This document shows positions 1 to 9,545 of a DNA stretch of 64,000 nt, piece after piece (the stretch's first letter is position 1; every line of letters starts with the position of its first letter). Below the pieces are notes generated by a model. It searched no databases. It was given only the letters and a program-made list of their open reading frames with translations, and was not told where the DNA came from. A program made the translations under genes and the position numbers. This DNA is from an uncultured delta proteobacterium. Its GTDB lineage: Bacteria; Myxococcota; Myxococcia; Myxococcales; Anaeromyxobacteraceae. The stretch covers positions 72,638-136,637 of the forward strand of contig CAWHDZ010000018.1 of NCBI GenBank assembly GCA_963828255.1, given 5' to 3'.

Positions 1-1270
1 CCACCTCGCGTGCGCCCTTCGCCGGAGGGTCGAACCCGAGACGCCCGCCGTCGCCCAGGTACACGCTCCGTGACTGGCCTCCCCGGGGCGGCCAGGCCGG
101 GAGGCGCTGCCAGACGTTCGAGCCGGTCTGGAAGACCAGCGCCTCGGGGAGCGGCGCGCCGCAGCGCCCCTTCAGGTGGCAGGCGAAGAACGGGGCCTGC
201 ACCTCCTCCCGGAAGAACCTGGCCGTCGCGCTTCCGAACGCGATCCTCCCCAGCCCGTCGCCGTCGGCCAGGCGCCAGGTCCGGTGGGCCCAGGGCCCCT
301 GCACGAGGAAGTTCCAGCCCTCCGCGTCGTTCCGCTCCATGGCCTGGTAGAGGGCGACCGGGCCGCGCCGGTCCTCCTGGTCGAAGGCGCCGCCCACGTG
401 CAGCGTGGGGGCCGGGGCGTGGGTGAGCACGGACGGGAGGGAGCGGCGCTTCCAGTAGTCGTCGTAGGTGGGGTGGGCGACGATGGCGTTCCACATGGGG
501 AAGCGGCCGTGGAAGTGGCGGGCGTCCACGTTGGCGAGCGAGCCCAGCCCAAGGAACCAGTCGTAGAGGTCCAGCCGGTCGAAGACGAAGTCGGTGAACC
601 CCGGCCCGCTCTCCATGGCGGGGATGAACTCGAACATCTGCGAGAGCCGGAAGGCGCCCTGGTGGAAGAGGTCGTCGCCGAGGAAGTTGTCGGCCGGCGT
701 GGCCTGGGGCGAGTAGGCCTTCACCGCCGGGTGGTGCTCCAGCATGGCCATGGCGGTGAGGCGCCCCGGGATGGAGACGCCGAGGATGCCCACCTTGCCG
801 CTCGACGGGACGTTCGCAATGAGCCACTCGACCGTGTCGAAGGCGTCGGTACCCTCGTCCACCGAGCGTGGGTCAGCCCGGTCCCGGGGCACGCTTTCCA
901 TGACGTAGGCGCCCTCCGAGCCGAACCGTCCGCGGACGTTCTGCATGACGAGCAGGTAGCCGTCGTCGAGCAGGGGCCGGAGCCAGGGTGCGGTGAGCCA
1001 CATCGAGGGCGTCCTCTCGCCCCTCCCCTCCCCCTCACCGAATCCGTAGGGGGTCCGCATGAGGAGGATGGGGAGCCTCTCGCCGGAAACCTGCGCGGCG
1101 CGGGGCGCGTAGACGACGGTCTGGAGGCGGACCCCGTCGCGCATCGGCACCATGTGCTCGGTGCGGTCCCAGGCGCTGGCGGGGTCGGCGGCGGCAGGCC
1201 CCGCAGCGGTGGCGGTGACTGGCCCGGGGGAGGCGACGAGAAGGAGAACGAGGAACGTCCGGAAATTCAT
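1..1270 (-). CDS. CocE/NonD family hydrolase (alpha-amino acid ester hydrolase-like); runs off the window at its 3' end
   Basis: Manual minus-strand translation from ATG at 1270: signal peptide, then MVPMRDGVRLQTVVYAP, LLMRTPYG, QNVRGRFGSEG, GILGVSIPG, HVGGAFDQED and GPWAH. Confidence 0.85.
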   Translation of the reverse strand, partial: MNFRTFLVLLLVASPGPVTATAAGPAAADPASAWDRTEHMVPMRDGVRLQTVVYAPRAAQVSGERLPILLMRTPYGFGEGEGRGERTPSMWLTAPWLRPLLDDGYLLVMQNVRGRFGSEGAYVMESVPRDRADPRSVDEGTDAFDTVEWLIANVPSSGKVGILGVSIPGRLTAMAMLEHHPAVKAYSPQATPADNFLGDDLFHQGAFRLSQMFEFIPAMESGPGFTDFVFDRLDLYDWFLGLGSLANVDARHFHGRFPMWNAIVAHPTYDDYWKRRSLPSVLTHAPAPTLHVGGAFDQEDRRGPVALYQAMERNDAEGWNFLVQGPWAHRTWRLADGDGLGRIAFGSATARFFREEVQAPFFACHLKGRCGAPLPEALVFQTGSNVWQRLPAWPPRGGQSRSVYLGDGGRLGFDPPAKGAREV

Positions 1271-1357
1271 GGGGCGGCAGTCTACCCGGACAGCCCCCGG
1301 CCTATCTGCGAAGATGCGCCGCGAGCCGGCCACCCTTGCCCCCTGCCCGGAGCACAC

Positions 1358-3061
1358 ATGTTCCTCCTCAATCCCAGGACCCCCTCCCGCCACTGCCCCG
1401 ACGCCCGCTCCCGCGAGCTCGTCGAGAAGACCGTCGCCTTCTTCGAGGCCAAGGGGAAGGCGCGGCTCCGGGAGGACGACCTCGCCCGGGCCTGGTACGC
1501 CGACTTCCTCGCCTTCTCCGCGCGCGAGAAGCTCTTCGCCACCTTCCTCTCGCCCGCGCCGCTGGGAGGCGAGGGCGCGCGCTGGGACACCTGGCGGAAC
1601 TGCGCGCTCAACGAGGTGCTGGGATTCTACGGGCTTCCCTACTGGTACACCTGGCAGGTCACCATCCTCGGCCTCGGCCCCATCTGGATGAGCGGGAACG
1701 AGGCGGCCCGGGCCCGCACCGCGAAGTTCCTCCAGTCGGGCGGCATCTTCGGCTTCGGCCTCTCCGAGAAGGAGCACGGGGCCGACATCTACTCCACCGA
1801 CATGGAACTCGTCCCCGCCGGTGACGGCACGTACCTGGCCCGCGGCGACAAGTACTACATCGGCAACGGAAACGAGGCCGCGCTCCTGTCGGTCTTCGGG
1901 AAGATCGCCGGAACGAAGGACTACGTCTTCTTCCTGGTGGACCCGAAGCGCCCCGGGTACGAGCTGGTCAAGAACGTGGTGGCGAGCCAGTCCTACGTGG
2001 CCGAGTTCGTCCTCCACGACTACCCGGTGACCGAGGCCGACATCCTCTCCCGCGGGCAGGCCGCCTGGGACGCGGCGCTCAACACCGTCAACGTGGGCAA
2101 GTACAACCTGGGCTGGGGCTCCATCGGCATCTGCACCCACGCCATGTACGAGGCGGTGCGCCACGCCGCCAACCGCCGCCTCTACGGGATGGCGGTCACC
2201 GACTTCCCCCACGTGCGGCGGCTCTTCACAGATGGATACGCGCGGCTGGTGGCCATGAAGCTCTTCGCGTTGCGGGCCTCCGACTACTTCCGCTCCGCCT
2301 CGCGCGAGGACCGCCGCTACCTGCTCTTCAACCCGGTCATGAAGATGAAGGTCACCACCGAGGGCGAGAAGGTCGTCGACCACCTGTGGGACGTGATCGC
2401 CGCCAAGGGCTTCGAGAAGGACACCTACTTCGAGATGGCGGCCCGCGACATCCGGGCGCTCCCCAAGCTGGAGGGAACGGTCCACGTCAACATCGCGCTC
2501 ATCGTGAAGTTCATGAAGAACTACCTCTTCGCGCCCGCGCCCTTCCCTCCGGTTCCCCGGCGCAACGACCCGGCCGACGACACCTTCCTCTGGGACCAGG
2601 GGCCGGCGAGCGGCCTCTCGAAGATCCGGTTCCACGACCCGGCGCCGGTCTTCGCGGCATGGCCGCAATCCAACGTGGCGCTCTTCCGGGAGCAGATCGC
2701 CGCCCTGAAGGATTTCCTGATGCGGGCCACGCCCACCGAGGAGCAGGCCAAGGACGTGGACTTCCTGCTCGTGGTCGGCGAGCTCTTCACGCTGGTGGTC
2801 TACGCCCAGCTGGTGCTCGAGTCGGCGGCCCTCTCCGCGGCGGAGGGGATCGACGGGGACACGGTGGACCAGATCTTCGACGTCCTGGTGCGCGACTTCT
2901 CGCGCCACGCGCTCGACCTGCACGCGAAGCCGGCGGCGACCCCGGTCCAGGCGGAACTGGCGCTGGCGATGATCCGCCGGCCGGCGTTCGACGCCGGGCG
3001 TGCGGGCAGGGTCTGGAAGACCGTGCACGCGCTCAAGGACGCCTACGAGATGAACCCGTAG
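1358..3061 (+). CDS. Acyl-CoA dehydrogenase family protein
   Basis: C-terminal part of ORF 176..3061, from MFLLNP. Motifs FGLSEKEHGAD, GDKYYIGNG and LEGTVHVN. Confidence 0.9.
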   Translation: MFLLNPRTPSRHCPDARSRELVEKTVAFFEAKGKARLREDDLARAWYADFLAFSAREKLFATFLSPAPLGGEGARWDTWRNCALNEVLGFYGLPYWYTWQVTILGLGPIWMSGNEAARARTAKFLQSGGIFGFGLSEKEHGADIYSTDMELVPAGDGTYLARGDKYYIGNGNEAALLSVFGKIAGTKDYVFFLVDPKRPGYELVKNVVASQSYVAEFVLHDYPVTEADILSRGQAAWDAALNTVNVGKYNLGWGSIGICTHAMYEAVRHAANRRLYGMAVTDFPHVRRLFTDGYARLVAMKLFALRASDYFRSASREDRRYLLFNPVMKMKVTTEGEKVVDHLWDVIAAKGFEKDTYFEMAARDIRALPKLEGTVHVNIALIVKFMKNYLFAPAPFPPVPRRNDPADDTFLWDQGPASGLSKIRFHDPAPVFAAWPQSNVALFREQIAALKDFLMRATPTEEQAKDVDFLLVVGELFTLVVYAQLVLESAALSAAEGIDGDTVDQIFDVLVRDFSRHALDLHAKPAATPVQAELALAMIRRPAFDAGRAGRVWKTVHALKDAYEMNP

Positions 3062-3076
3062 CGCCGTGGCCGCCTT

Positions 3077-6043
3077 TCACCTCCCGAAGCTCCGCCCCAC
3101 GTGCAGGCGGACCGCGTCCTCCAGCTCGGCCTCCCGGTCGCCCCGGTAGACCATCGAGGAGCCGATCTCGGCCGCCAGGATGGCGGAGCGGTACTTGGGG
3201 GGCAGGCGCCCGATGCGGCGCCGGAACCGGGCCGACTGCCGCATCATGGCCGGGAGGTGGGCCAGGATCACCCGCTGGAAGTCCGGCTCCATGGTGAGCG
3301 CCGGGCGCGCCTGGAAGAACTTGAAGAGCCGGGCGTAGTGGCCGTTGATCTCCCGGCTGATGGCGTCGGAGATCTCGGTGCAGAGCTGCCCGGTCTCGCG
3401 GCGACGCCTCAGGATGAGGTTGGCCTCGTCGGCGGCACGCCGCTCCAGGATCTCGAGCACGCCCTTCACGTAGCGGCTCTTGCTGGCCAGGAACTCCTTC
3501 TCGTCGAGCGTGAGGTTGGCGATGATCTCGTACGACGACGAGATGACCCCGCACTTGTTGGCCGAGGCGTCGCGCATGATGATCACGCCCTTGCGCTGCA
3601 GCTGCACGCGGGCCTCGGGGGTGATGAAGGAGTTGGCGCCCTCCACGATGGCCCGCGCCGAGGGGGTCCCGTCGGGCAGGAGGTAGCGCTCCCAGTTCTG
3701 CCTGTCGATGGTCTCGGGCCGGCCGCCTCCGGGGATGAAGAGGTCGGCGGGAACGGTGAAGGCCAGCGACCCGAACTCCCGGGAGAACTCGTCCAGGGAG
3801 AGCCAGCGCTCCTCCAGGCCGCGGGGCGTCCTCGTCACCTTCCGGAAGAGCTCGCGGAGCCCCTCCTTGCGCCGTCCGGTGCGGAAGAGGAGCGAGCCAC
3901 CGACGTGCAGCGCCTTCGGGTCGAAGGCGTCGAGGTCGCGGCGCAGCAGGATCCGCTTCATCTCGGTGCGGGAGGCGCCCTCCGGGTCCACCAGCGCCGC
4001 CGTGCCGTCGAGGACGAGCACGAGCTTCATCCTGGGACAGCGGGCGAACAGGATCTGCATGGCGTTGCCGGCCACGTCGCCGTTCGGCCCGCCGGTCAGC
4101 TTCACGGAGAAGGCGTCCCGGCGCATGTCCACGCCGAGATCCTTCATGGTGATCTCGGCGAACTTCACCACGCCGGTGGAGGTGACGCCGTACTCCTTGT
4201 GGTTGATGCCCACCCGCTTGCTCGACATGACCCCGATGCCGAGGATGTAGCCGCGCCGCTTCGAGACCTCGGCGATCTCCTCGATCATGTCGTCGTGCAT
4301 GTTCTCGTCGGGGCCGAGCTCGATGGGCTCGTCCTCGCGGTAGTAGTCCACCACCCTGGGGTGGCGGGCCACGCCGTCCTTGGTGACGAAGACGTCGAGG
4401 AAGGCGTCGATGACCCCGCGCTGGAGCTTGTGGAGGCGCCGGGTCTCCTGGTCCTGCTCCTCCTTCTGCAGGGCCGAGGCGTCCATGATCATGACGAGCT
4501 TGGAGCCGCCCTCGTAGATGTCCTTGTTCTTGAGGTGCTGGGTGTGGGCCAGCACGTAGTTCTCGCGGAACAGGGTGGAGGCGTTGGTGCGGAAGTCGTC
4601 GGCGCTCCGGCAGATCACCGTGCGCCAGCCGCCGCGGGCGATGTCGGAGAAGCCGATGTGGAAGCCGAAGCCCGCCCGGGTGAAGAAGAAGGTCACCCGG
4701 AACGGGCGCTCGGCCGGGAGGTCGGCGATGAAGCCCGGGCCCAGGTCGGCCAGGTAGGCCGGATCGAGCCGGAAGGCGAAGGCCTGCTTCTCCCTCACGA
4801 AGAAGTTGGTCTTCAGGGTGTGGCGGATGAAGGCCAGGGTGCAGCGGAAGACGTCGCGCCGCAGGTCGTCGAGGTGCCGGTGGCCGGTGTCGTAGTCGCG
4901 CACCACCCGCTCGGCCTCGGCCAGGTCCCGGGCCCAGGCCTTCCTGCGGCCCCGCACCGACGGGTCGAAGCGGGTGCGGAAGAGCCGGACCAGCCGGGCC
5001 GCCAGGTCCGGGTCGGAGAGGAAGCAGTCGTGGACGTCGTCCCACCCGAAGCGTCCGGGCTCGGCGTGCGCCAGGTTGGTGTGGCAGAAGGCGGCGAAGG
5101 CGTCCACCAGCGAGGCGTCCTCCCCGCTCATCACGCCGCTGCGCACCAGGTCGGTATAGAGCGACGAGGAGGTGTCGAGGATCTGGGTGTTGAAGAGCTC
5201 GTGCTCCAGCGTGCGGTGCAGCGCCGAGCCGCTCCGGAGCGGCGCGCCCTTCCGGGGCCGGACGTAGAACATGAAGAGGGCGACGGGCTGGACCCCGTTC
5301 GAGACGTCGAGCACGTAGGCCCGGTTCACTCCCAGGTTGAGCCGGTTCAGCACCTCCATCACCTGGGCGAGGAAGCCCCGGTGCGGGGCGCTGGCCACGG
5401 CGAAGGAGACGCGGGTCAGGCCGGAGCCGTCGGTCATGGGCTCGACGTCCAGGAAGAGGCCGCCGGTCCGGGCGCCGAACTGGAGCAGGCGCAGCGTCTG
5501 GGCCACCCGCCGGGGCGGCGAGATCCGGACGTAGCTCGGGTTGTTGAGCCAGAGGATGGAGAGGAGCCGGTCGAGCTCGCCGGTGTCCACGTCGGGGTAG
5601 TCGTGCTCCACCGCCGCGGCGACCGAGCGGCGGACGTCGGCCGGGACGCGCACCCCGGCCTCGAGGCCGCGCGCGATCTCGGCGTCCGTCTTGCACTCGA
5701 AGTCGAAGCGCTGGATCTCCAGGGAGTCCTCCATCCCCGGCATGAATCCGCTGGAGTGGGCGAACATGGCGTAGGAGATGGCGGGCTGGGCCATGCGGCC
5801 GAGGACCAGCGAGCGGTAGAGCGAGCCGGGCGCGTTGCGCGTGGCCAGCACGAACCGGGTGGGGCGGTCGGCCAGGACGAGGTGCTCGTTCACGGCCAGG
5901 GTCCCGAGCTCGCGGGCCAGGATGGCCATGGCCTCGGGCTCGTCGGTCATGGCGTCGAAGAAGTAGGGCGGCATGGCCGTCTCGAGCCAGGCCTGGTTCT
6001 CCGCCGCCGTGGGGGTGCCGCGCCCGCTGGGTATCTTGCTCAT
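3077..6043 (-). CDS. Large NAD-specific glutamate dehydrogenase
   Basis: GFHIGFSDIARGGWR, KNKDIYEGGSK, ELGPDENM, GINHKEYGVTSTGV, GGPNGDVAGN, IVEGANSF and DASANKCGVISSSYE. Confidence 0.9.
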   Translation of the reverse strand: MSKIPSGRGTPTAAENQAWLETAMPPYFFDAMTDEPEAMAILARELGTLAVNEHLVLADRPTRFVLATRNAPGSLYRSLVLGRMAQPAISYAMFAHSSGFMPGMEDSLEIQRFDFECKTDAEIARGLEAGVRVPADVRRSVAAAVEHDYPDVDTGELDRLLSILWLNNPSYVRISPPRRVAQTLRLLQFGARTGGLFLDVEPMTDGSGLTRVSFAVASAPHRGFLAQVMEVLNRLNLGVNRAYVLDVSNGVQPVALFMFYVRPRKGAPLRSGSALHRTLEHELFNTQILDTSSSLYTDLVRSGVMSGEDASLVDAFAAFCHTNLAHAEPGRFGWDDVHDCFLSDPDLAARLVRLFRTRFDPSVRGRRKAWARDLAEAERVVRDYDTGHRHLDDLRRDVFRCTLAFIRHTLKTNFFVREKQAFAFRLDPAYLADLGPGFIADLPAERPFRVTFFFTRAGFGFHIGFSDIARGGWRTVICRSADDFRTNASTLFRENYVLAHTQHLKNKDIYEGGSKLVMIMDASALQKEEQDQETRRLHKLQRGVIDAFLDVFVTKDGVARHPRVVDYYREDEPIELGPDENMHDDMIEEIAEVSKRRGYILGIGVMSSKRVGINHKEYGVTSTGVVKFAEITMKDLGVDMRRDAFSVKLTGGPNGDVAGNAMQILFARCPRMKLVLVLDGTAALVDPEGASRTEMKRILLRRDLDAFDPKALHVGGSLLFRTGRRKEGLRELFRKVTRTPRGLEERWLSLDEFSREFGSLAFTVPADLFIPGGGRPETIDRQNWERYLLPDGTPSARAIVEGANSFITPEARVQLQRKGVIIMRDASANKCGVISSSYEIIANLTLDEKEFLASKSRYVKGVLEILERRAADEANLILRRRRETGQLCTEISDAISREINGHYARLFKFFQARPALTMEPDFQRVILAHLPAMMRQSARFRRRIGRLPPKYRSAILAAEIGSSMVYRGDREAELEDAVRLHVGRSFGR

Positions 6044-6104
6044 GGTGACCGAGCCTAGATCCCTTCGGGCCCGCACCCAAGGACCGTGACGGGGCGTGAG
6101 GCGG

Positions 6105-7271
6105 TCAATCCCGGAACTGGAGGAGCTTCCCACCGTCGGTGAGGAGGTAGAGGAAGCCGTCCGGTCCCTGCTCGACGTCGCGGATGCGCTCTCCCAGGTC
6201 GCCGAGGAGACGCTCCCGCGCCACCTCCACGTCTCCCCGGAGCTCGACCCGCCAGAGGGCCTTCCCCGCCAGAGCCCCCATGAAGGCATTTCCCTGCCAG
6301 GCCGGGAAGCGCGCCCCGGTGTAGAAGACGAGCCCGGCCGGCGCAATGGAGGTCGGGCCCCAGAAGCCGACCGGCTCGACGAAGCGCGGCGCGTGGGTTC
6401 CGCCGCCGATGCGGCAGGAGTCGCCCACCGGGTCCCCGTAGTTGCAGCCGTAGCTCACGAGGGGCCAGCCGTGGTTGCCGCCGGGGACGATGCGGTTGAG
6501 CTCGTCGCCGCCCTGGGGCCCGTGCTCGTTCACCCAGAGCTCGCCGGTGCCCGGCCGGATCGCGGCCCCCTGCGGGTTGCGGTGGCCGTAGCTCCAGATC
6601 TCCGGCCGCGCCCCGGGGATGCCTGGATTGTCGGAGGGAATCGTTCCGTCGCGCCCGATGCGGATGACCTTTCCGAGCGTCGTCGCGAGGTCCTGGGCCG
6701 GGCTGCCCTTCTGCCGCTCGCCCAGCGTCACGAAGAGCGTCCGGTCGCCGCGGAAGGCGATGCGCGATCCGAAATGGCCCGATCCCGACACCTTGGGCGC
6801 CTGGCGGAAGATGACGGCGACGTCCTGGAGGGCGTTTCCGACGAGCCGGCCTCGCGCCACCGCGGTCCCGGAAAGGCCTGCCTCGGCTCCCGTTCCGGGC
6901 TCGGAGTAGGTCCAGTACACGAAGGGGTCGGACGCGAAGTCCGGGTCGAGCGCCACGTCCATCAGACCACCCTGCCCGTCGCTCACCACCGCGGGCAGCC
7001 CGCTCACCGTGGCCTGCACCGACGCGCCGTCGGAGGAGAGCACGACCATGGTGCCGCCCTTCTGGGTCACGAGCATCCGGCCGTCGGGCAGGAAGGCGAG
7101 CCCCCAGGGGGAGGAGAGCGAGGAGTTGAGGGTGACGGTTCGCGGGGTCGTGGCGGGGCCGGACGGGGTCGCCGGGTCGCCTCCACCGCAGCCGCCGCAC
7201 GCCGAGAGCATCGCGCACGCCAGGAGGAAGGCGAGGAATCGGGAGCGGGTGACGCGGGTCCTGACCTTCAT
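6105..7271 (-). CDS. PQQ-dependent sugar (glucose/sorbosone) dehydrogenase, probable lipoprotein
   Basis: PWGLAFLPDG, GQGGLMDV, HFGSRI, WSYGHRNPQG and EHGPQGGDELN; lipobox-like LSAC. Confidence 0.9.
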   Translation of the reverse strand: MKVRTRVTRSRFLAFLLACAMLSACGGCGGGDPATPSGPATTPRTVTLNSSLSSPWGLAFLPDGRMLVTQKGGTMVVLSSDGASVQATVSGLPAVVSDGQGGLMDVALDPDFASDPFVYWTYSEPGTGAEAGLSGTAVARGRLVGNALQDVAVIFRQAPKVSGSGHFGSRIAFRGDRTLFVTLGERQKGSPAQDLATTLGKVIRIGRDGTIPSDNPGIPGARPEIWSYGHRNPQGAAIRPGTGELWVNEHGPQGGDELNRIVPGGNHGWPLVSYGCNYGDPVGDSCRIGGGTHAPRFVEPVGFWGPTSIAPAGLVFYTGARFPAWQGNAFMGALAGKALWRVELRGDVEVARERLLGDLGERIRDVEQGPDGFLYLLTDGGKLLQFRD

Positions 7272-7312
7272 GACGGGGTCCTATGACCGCGTCGGTTCCA
7301 GGGCAACGCCGC

Positions 7313-8521
7313 CTACTCCCCGCCCGGTCCACCGCCTGGCCTGCCGCCCCGCCTCCTGCGCCGCCGCCGCCTTCGTCCCGGCGTGCCACCGGCCGGGGCC
7401 GGGGCGCCCGCGGGCGGGGGTTGCACCCCTTGCCTGGGCTGCTGCGGCGGCCTGGGCTGCTGCGGCGGCCTGGCCTGCTGGGGCCTGCCCTTCTGCGGCC
7501 TGGCGACGGCGACCGAACCGTGCGGGAGCCGCTCGACGCGGATCACCTCGGGAAGGGGTGCGTTCCTGGGACCGCGTGGTTCAGGGCGCCTGGGCCCGGC
7601 GGGGCGCTCCGGCCTTCGCTCCTGCCTCCGCTGCGGCTGCTGCTGCGGCTGAGGCTGAGGAGGCTGCTGCGCCTTCTGCGGCTTCTGCGCGTGCCCTCCC
7701 CCGTGCGGCCGTGCGGGTCCGCCACGCTGGGCTTGCTGCGGGTGGCTGGCGCCGGCGGGACGTTCCTGCCTCCGCGGCTCCGGTGCACGGCCGGTGGGCA
7801 CGAAGCCTGCGGTCAGCTCGCGCCGGACGTAGGCCCGCCAGATCTCGCGCCCGTCGCCCTCACCGCCCACCGCGGGGTCGAGCGCTGCGCAGAAGCGGCG
7901 GACGTTCTCGAGGTCGCGCAGGAAGAAGGCCTCGGACTGGCTGTTGTGCGCGGCGTCGACGACCTGGGGAAGATCGATCACCACCGGCCCGTGCCCGCCC
8001 AGGAGGACGTTGTACGGCGAGAGGTCGCCGTGGATGAGGCCGCAGGCGAGCATCCCGACCGCCTGCCTCCGGAGGTCGGCGTAGATCCCCGCCGCCTGCT
8101 CCCGGGCGATCCGCGCGTCCACGAGGCGCGGCGCCGGGTGGCCGTGGGCGTCGAGCACGAGCTCCATGAGGAGCACCCCCTCGTGGAACAGCACGGGCCG
8201 CGGCACCCGGACTCCGGCGGCGTGCAGCCGGAACATCGCGTCGGACTCCCTGGCCTTCCAGGCTTCCTCGGAGGCGGCCTGGCCGAAGCGGCTGCCGCGG
8301 TCCATGGCACGCTGGGTGCGGGTGTTCCGGACCTTCCGCCCTTCCTTGTAGGCGGCGTCGTTCTTGAAGCTCCGGGTCTGCCGGGCCTTGTAGACCTTGG
8401 CCGCGACGACGTGGCCGCCGGCCCGGACCAGCCAGACGTCGGCCTCCTTGCCACCCTTCAGCCGCGAGACGACCTCGTCGATGACGCCGTCGGTGAGGAG
8501 CGGGGCGAGGGGATCGTGCAT
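7313..8521 (-). CDS. RIO1 family protein kinase with a Q/P/R-rich C-terminal tail
   Basis: GGKEADV, AAKVYK, IHGDLSPYNVL and VIDLPQ. Confidence 0.9.
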   Translation of the reverse strand: MHDPLAPLLTDGVIDEVVSRLKGGKEADVWLVRAGGHVVAAKVYKARQTRSFKNDAAYKEGRKVRNTRTQRAMDRGSRFGQAASEEAWKARESDAMFRLHAAGVRVPRPVLFHEGVLLMELVLDAHGHPAPRLVDARIAREQAAGIYADLRRQAVGMLACGLIHGDLSPYNVLLGGHGPVVIDLPQVVDAAHNSQSEAFFLRDLENVRRFCAALDPAVGGEGDGREIWRAYVRRELTAGFVPTGRAPEPRRQERPAGASHPQQAQRGGPARPHGGGHAQKPQKAQQPPQPQPQQQPQRRQERRPERPAGPRRPEPRGPRNAPLPEVIRVERLPHGSVAVARPQKGRPQQARPPQQPRPPQQPRQGVQPPPAGAPAPAGGTPGRRRRRRRRRGGRPGGGPGGE

Positions 8522-8609
8522 CTGGATCGGGTGTAGAGCGGAGACGACGCGGGGTCAAGGGTGAAGCCTGTTCGCGGCTTTCGCGTCGTCGCGGTCCCCG
8601 GAGGGCGAT

Positions 8610-8813
8610 TCAGCTCGGGGCGGGCCCGGCCGGGGCCCGGTGCTCGGTGTAGCTCGGGTTCCGGTGGTTCTGGTCCGGGTTGTGGGCGTCCCAGCAGGAG
8701 TCGGAGCAGAAGTAGAGCTGGAAGCGCTTCCGGTTGCAGGTTGAGACGCCGCACCTGAGGTAGGCGCCGCCGAAGGCGATGGGCTTCTTGCAGACGCTGC
8801 ACTTCTGCCACAT
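8610..8813 (-). CDS. Small Cys/His-rich, probably Zn-binding protein
   Basis: 67 aa: CSVCKKPI, CGVSTC and FCSDSCWDAH. Confidence 0.65.
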   Translation of the reverse strand: MWQKCSVCKKPIAFGGAYLRCGVSTCNRKRFQLYFCSDSCWDAHNPDQNHRNPSYTEHRAPAGPAPS

Positions 8814-8903
8814 GGGGCAATCCTAGCGCGGCGGAGGGCGGGATGCCCGGCCGGGGCGCGAAGGTAGCCTCCCGACGCGTTCGCAATCCACCACGCGTAC
8901 CGT

Positions 8904-8951
8904 CGCGACACCGATGTCGTGGTTCAGCCGGTTGAACCACTCCTTCGGGTG
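8904..8951. repeat. 48-bp palindromic element, copy 1 (copy 2 at 31177-31224)
   Basis: CGCGACAccgaTGTCGTGGTTCAgCCgGTTGAACCACTCCTTCGGGTG. It differs from copy 2 only in the first loop and at two positions near the centre of the second palindrome. Confidence 0.9.
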
Positions 8952-8962
8952 GGCGACCAAGG

Positions 8963-8985
8963 TCCCCGAGCCACCTTCGAAGCCG
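8963..8985. repeat. Degenerate copy of the rnpB 3' end (putative leftmost att site)
   Basis: tccccgagccaccttcgaagccg vs tgccggagccgccctgtaagccg (17/23). Same offset from the 48-bp element as the 31234 copy. Its right flank matches the flank of the 54321 copy. Confidence 0.65.
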
Positions 8986-9545
8986 AGGTTGAATCACTTT
9001 CGGTATGGGTCACTCATTGTCCCAGAGACAACGGCCGATTCCATCATCGGTCTACCCGTCGCGCGTGAAGGAGACCACGGCGGTATCGGTGATGACCATC
9101 CTCGGCCTCGACTCGCACGGCCGCGACCAACCAGGTCGCGTCGCTGGCCTGCCGTCGGGGCGAGTCACGCTCCCGGACAGCGCGGTCGTCAGCCTGGCGG
9201 CGACGCGAGCGTGCATTTTATTGCCTACATCGACCCACCCCCATGAGGGGCGCTGCAGGATTTGTGGCTCCATGCGTCAAGACGTGGGGATCCCGCCATT
9301 TTGGTCCCCACGTTCCTTACAGATGACTACACCTCGTTCGACCATCACCCCGACAGGCGACCCTCCAATGGGTCTACTGCGTACCTCGTTCATGGTACAG
9401 AAGCGTGCCTGATTCTGGATGGTCGGGAGGGATCAACAAGGTGGCAAGGAGCAAACATGAGAACGACGAGACAGCGCCCACTCACCAGGAAGGCCTTCAG
9501 CAAGTCGACCGCCGGCCGCCTGGCCGTGACACGAAGGGTGGAGAC

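Noticed and set aside
3033..6080. ORFs of 985-1015 aa overlapping the glutamate dehydrogenase (similar cases at 59007-62054, 38269-40167 and 19080-21077)
   Set aside because: Shadow and antisense frames typical of high-GC DNA; no motifs, and they overlap well-supported genes.
7420..7690. Short tandem DNA repeats (ctgctgcggcggcctgg)
   Set aside because: Explained as coding repeats of the RIO1 tail.
8841..8860. ggatgcccggccgg as a fifth att copy
   Set aside because: Only a short, gapped, GC-rich match; not distinguishable from chance.
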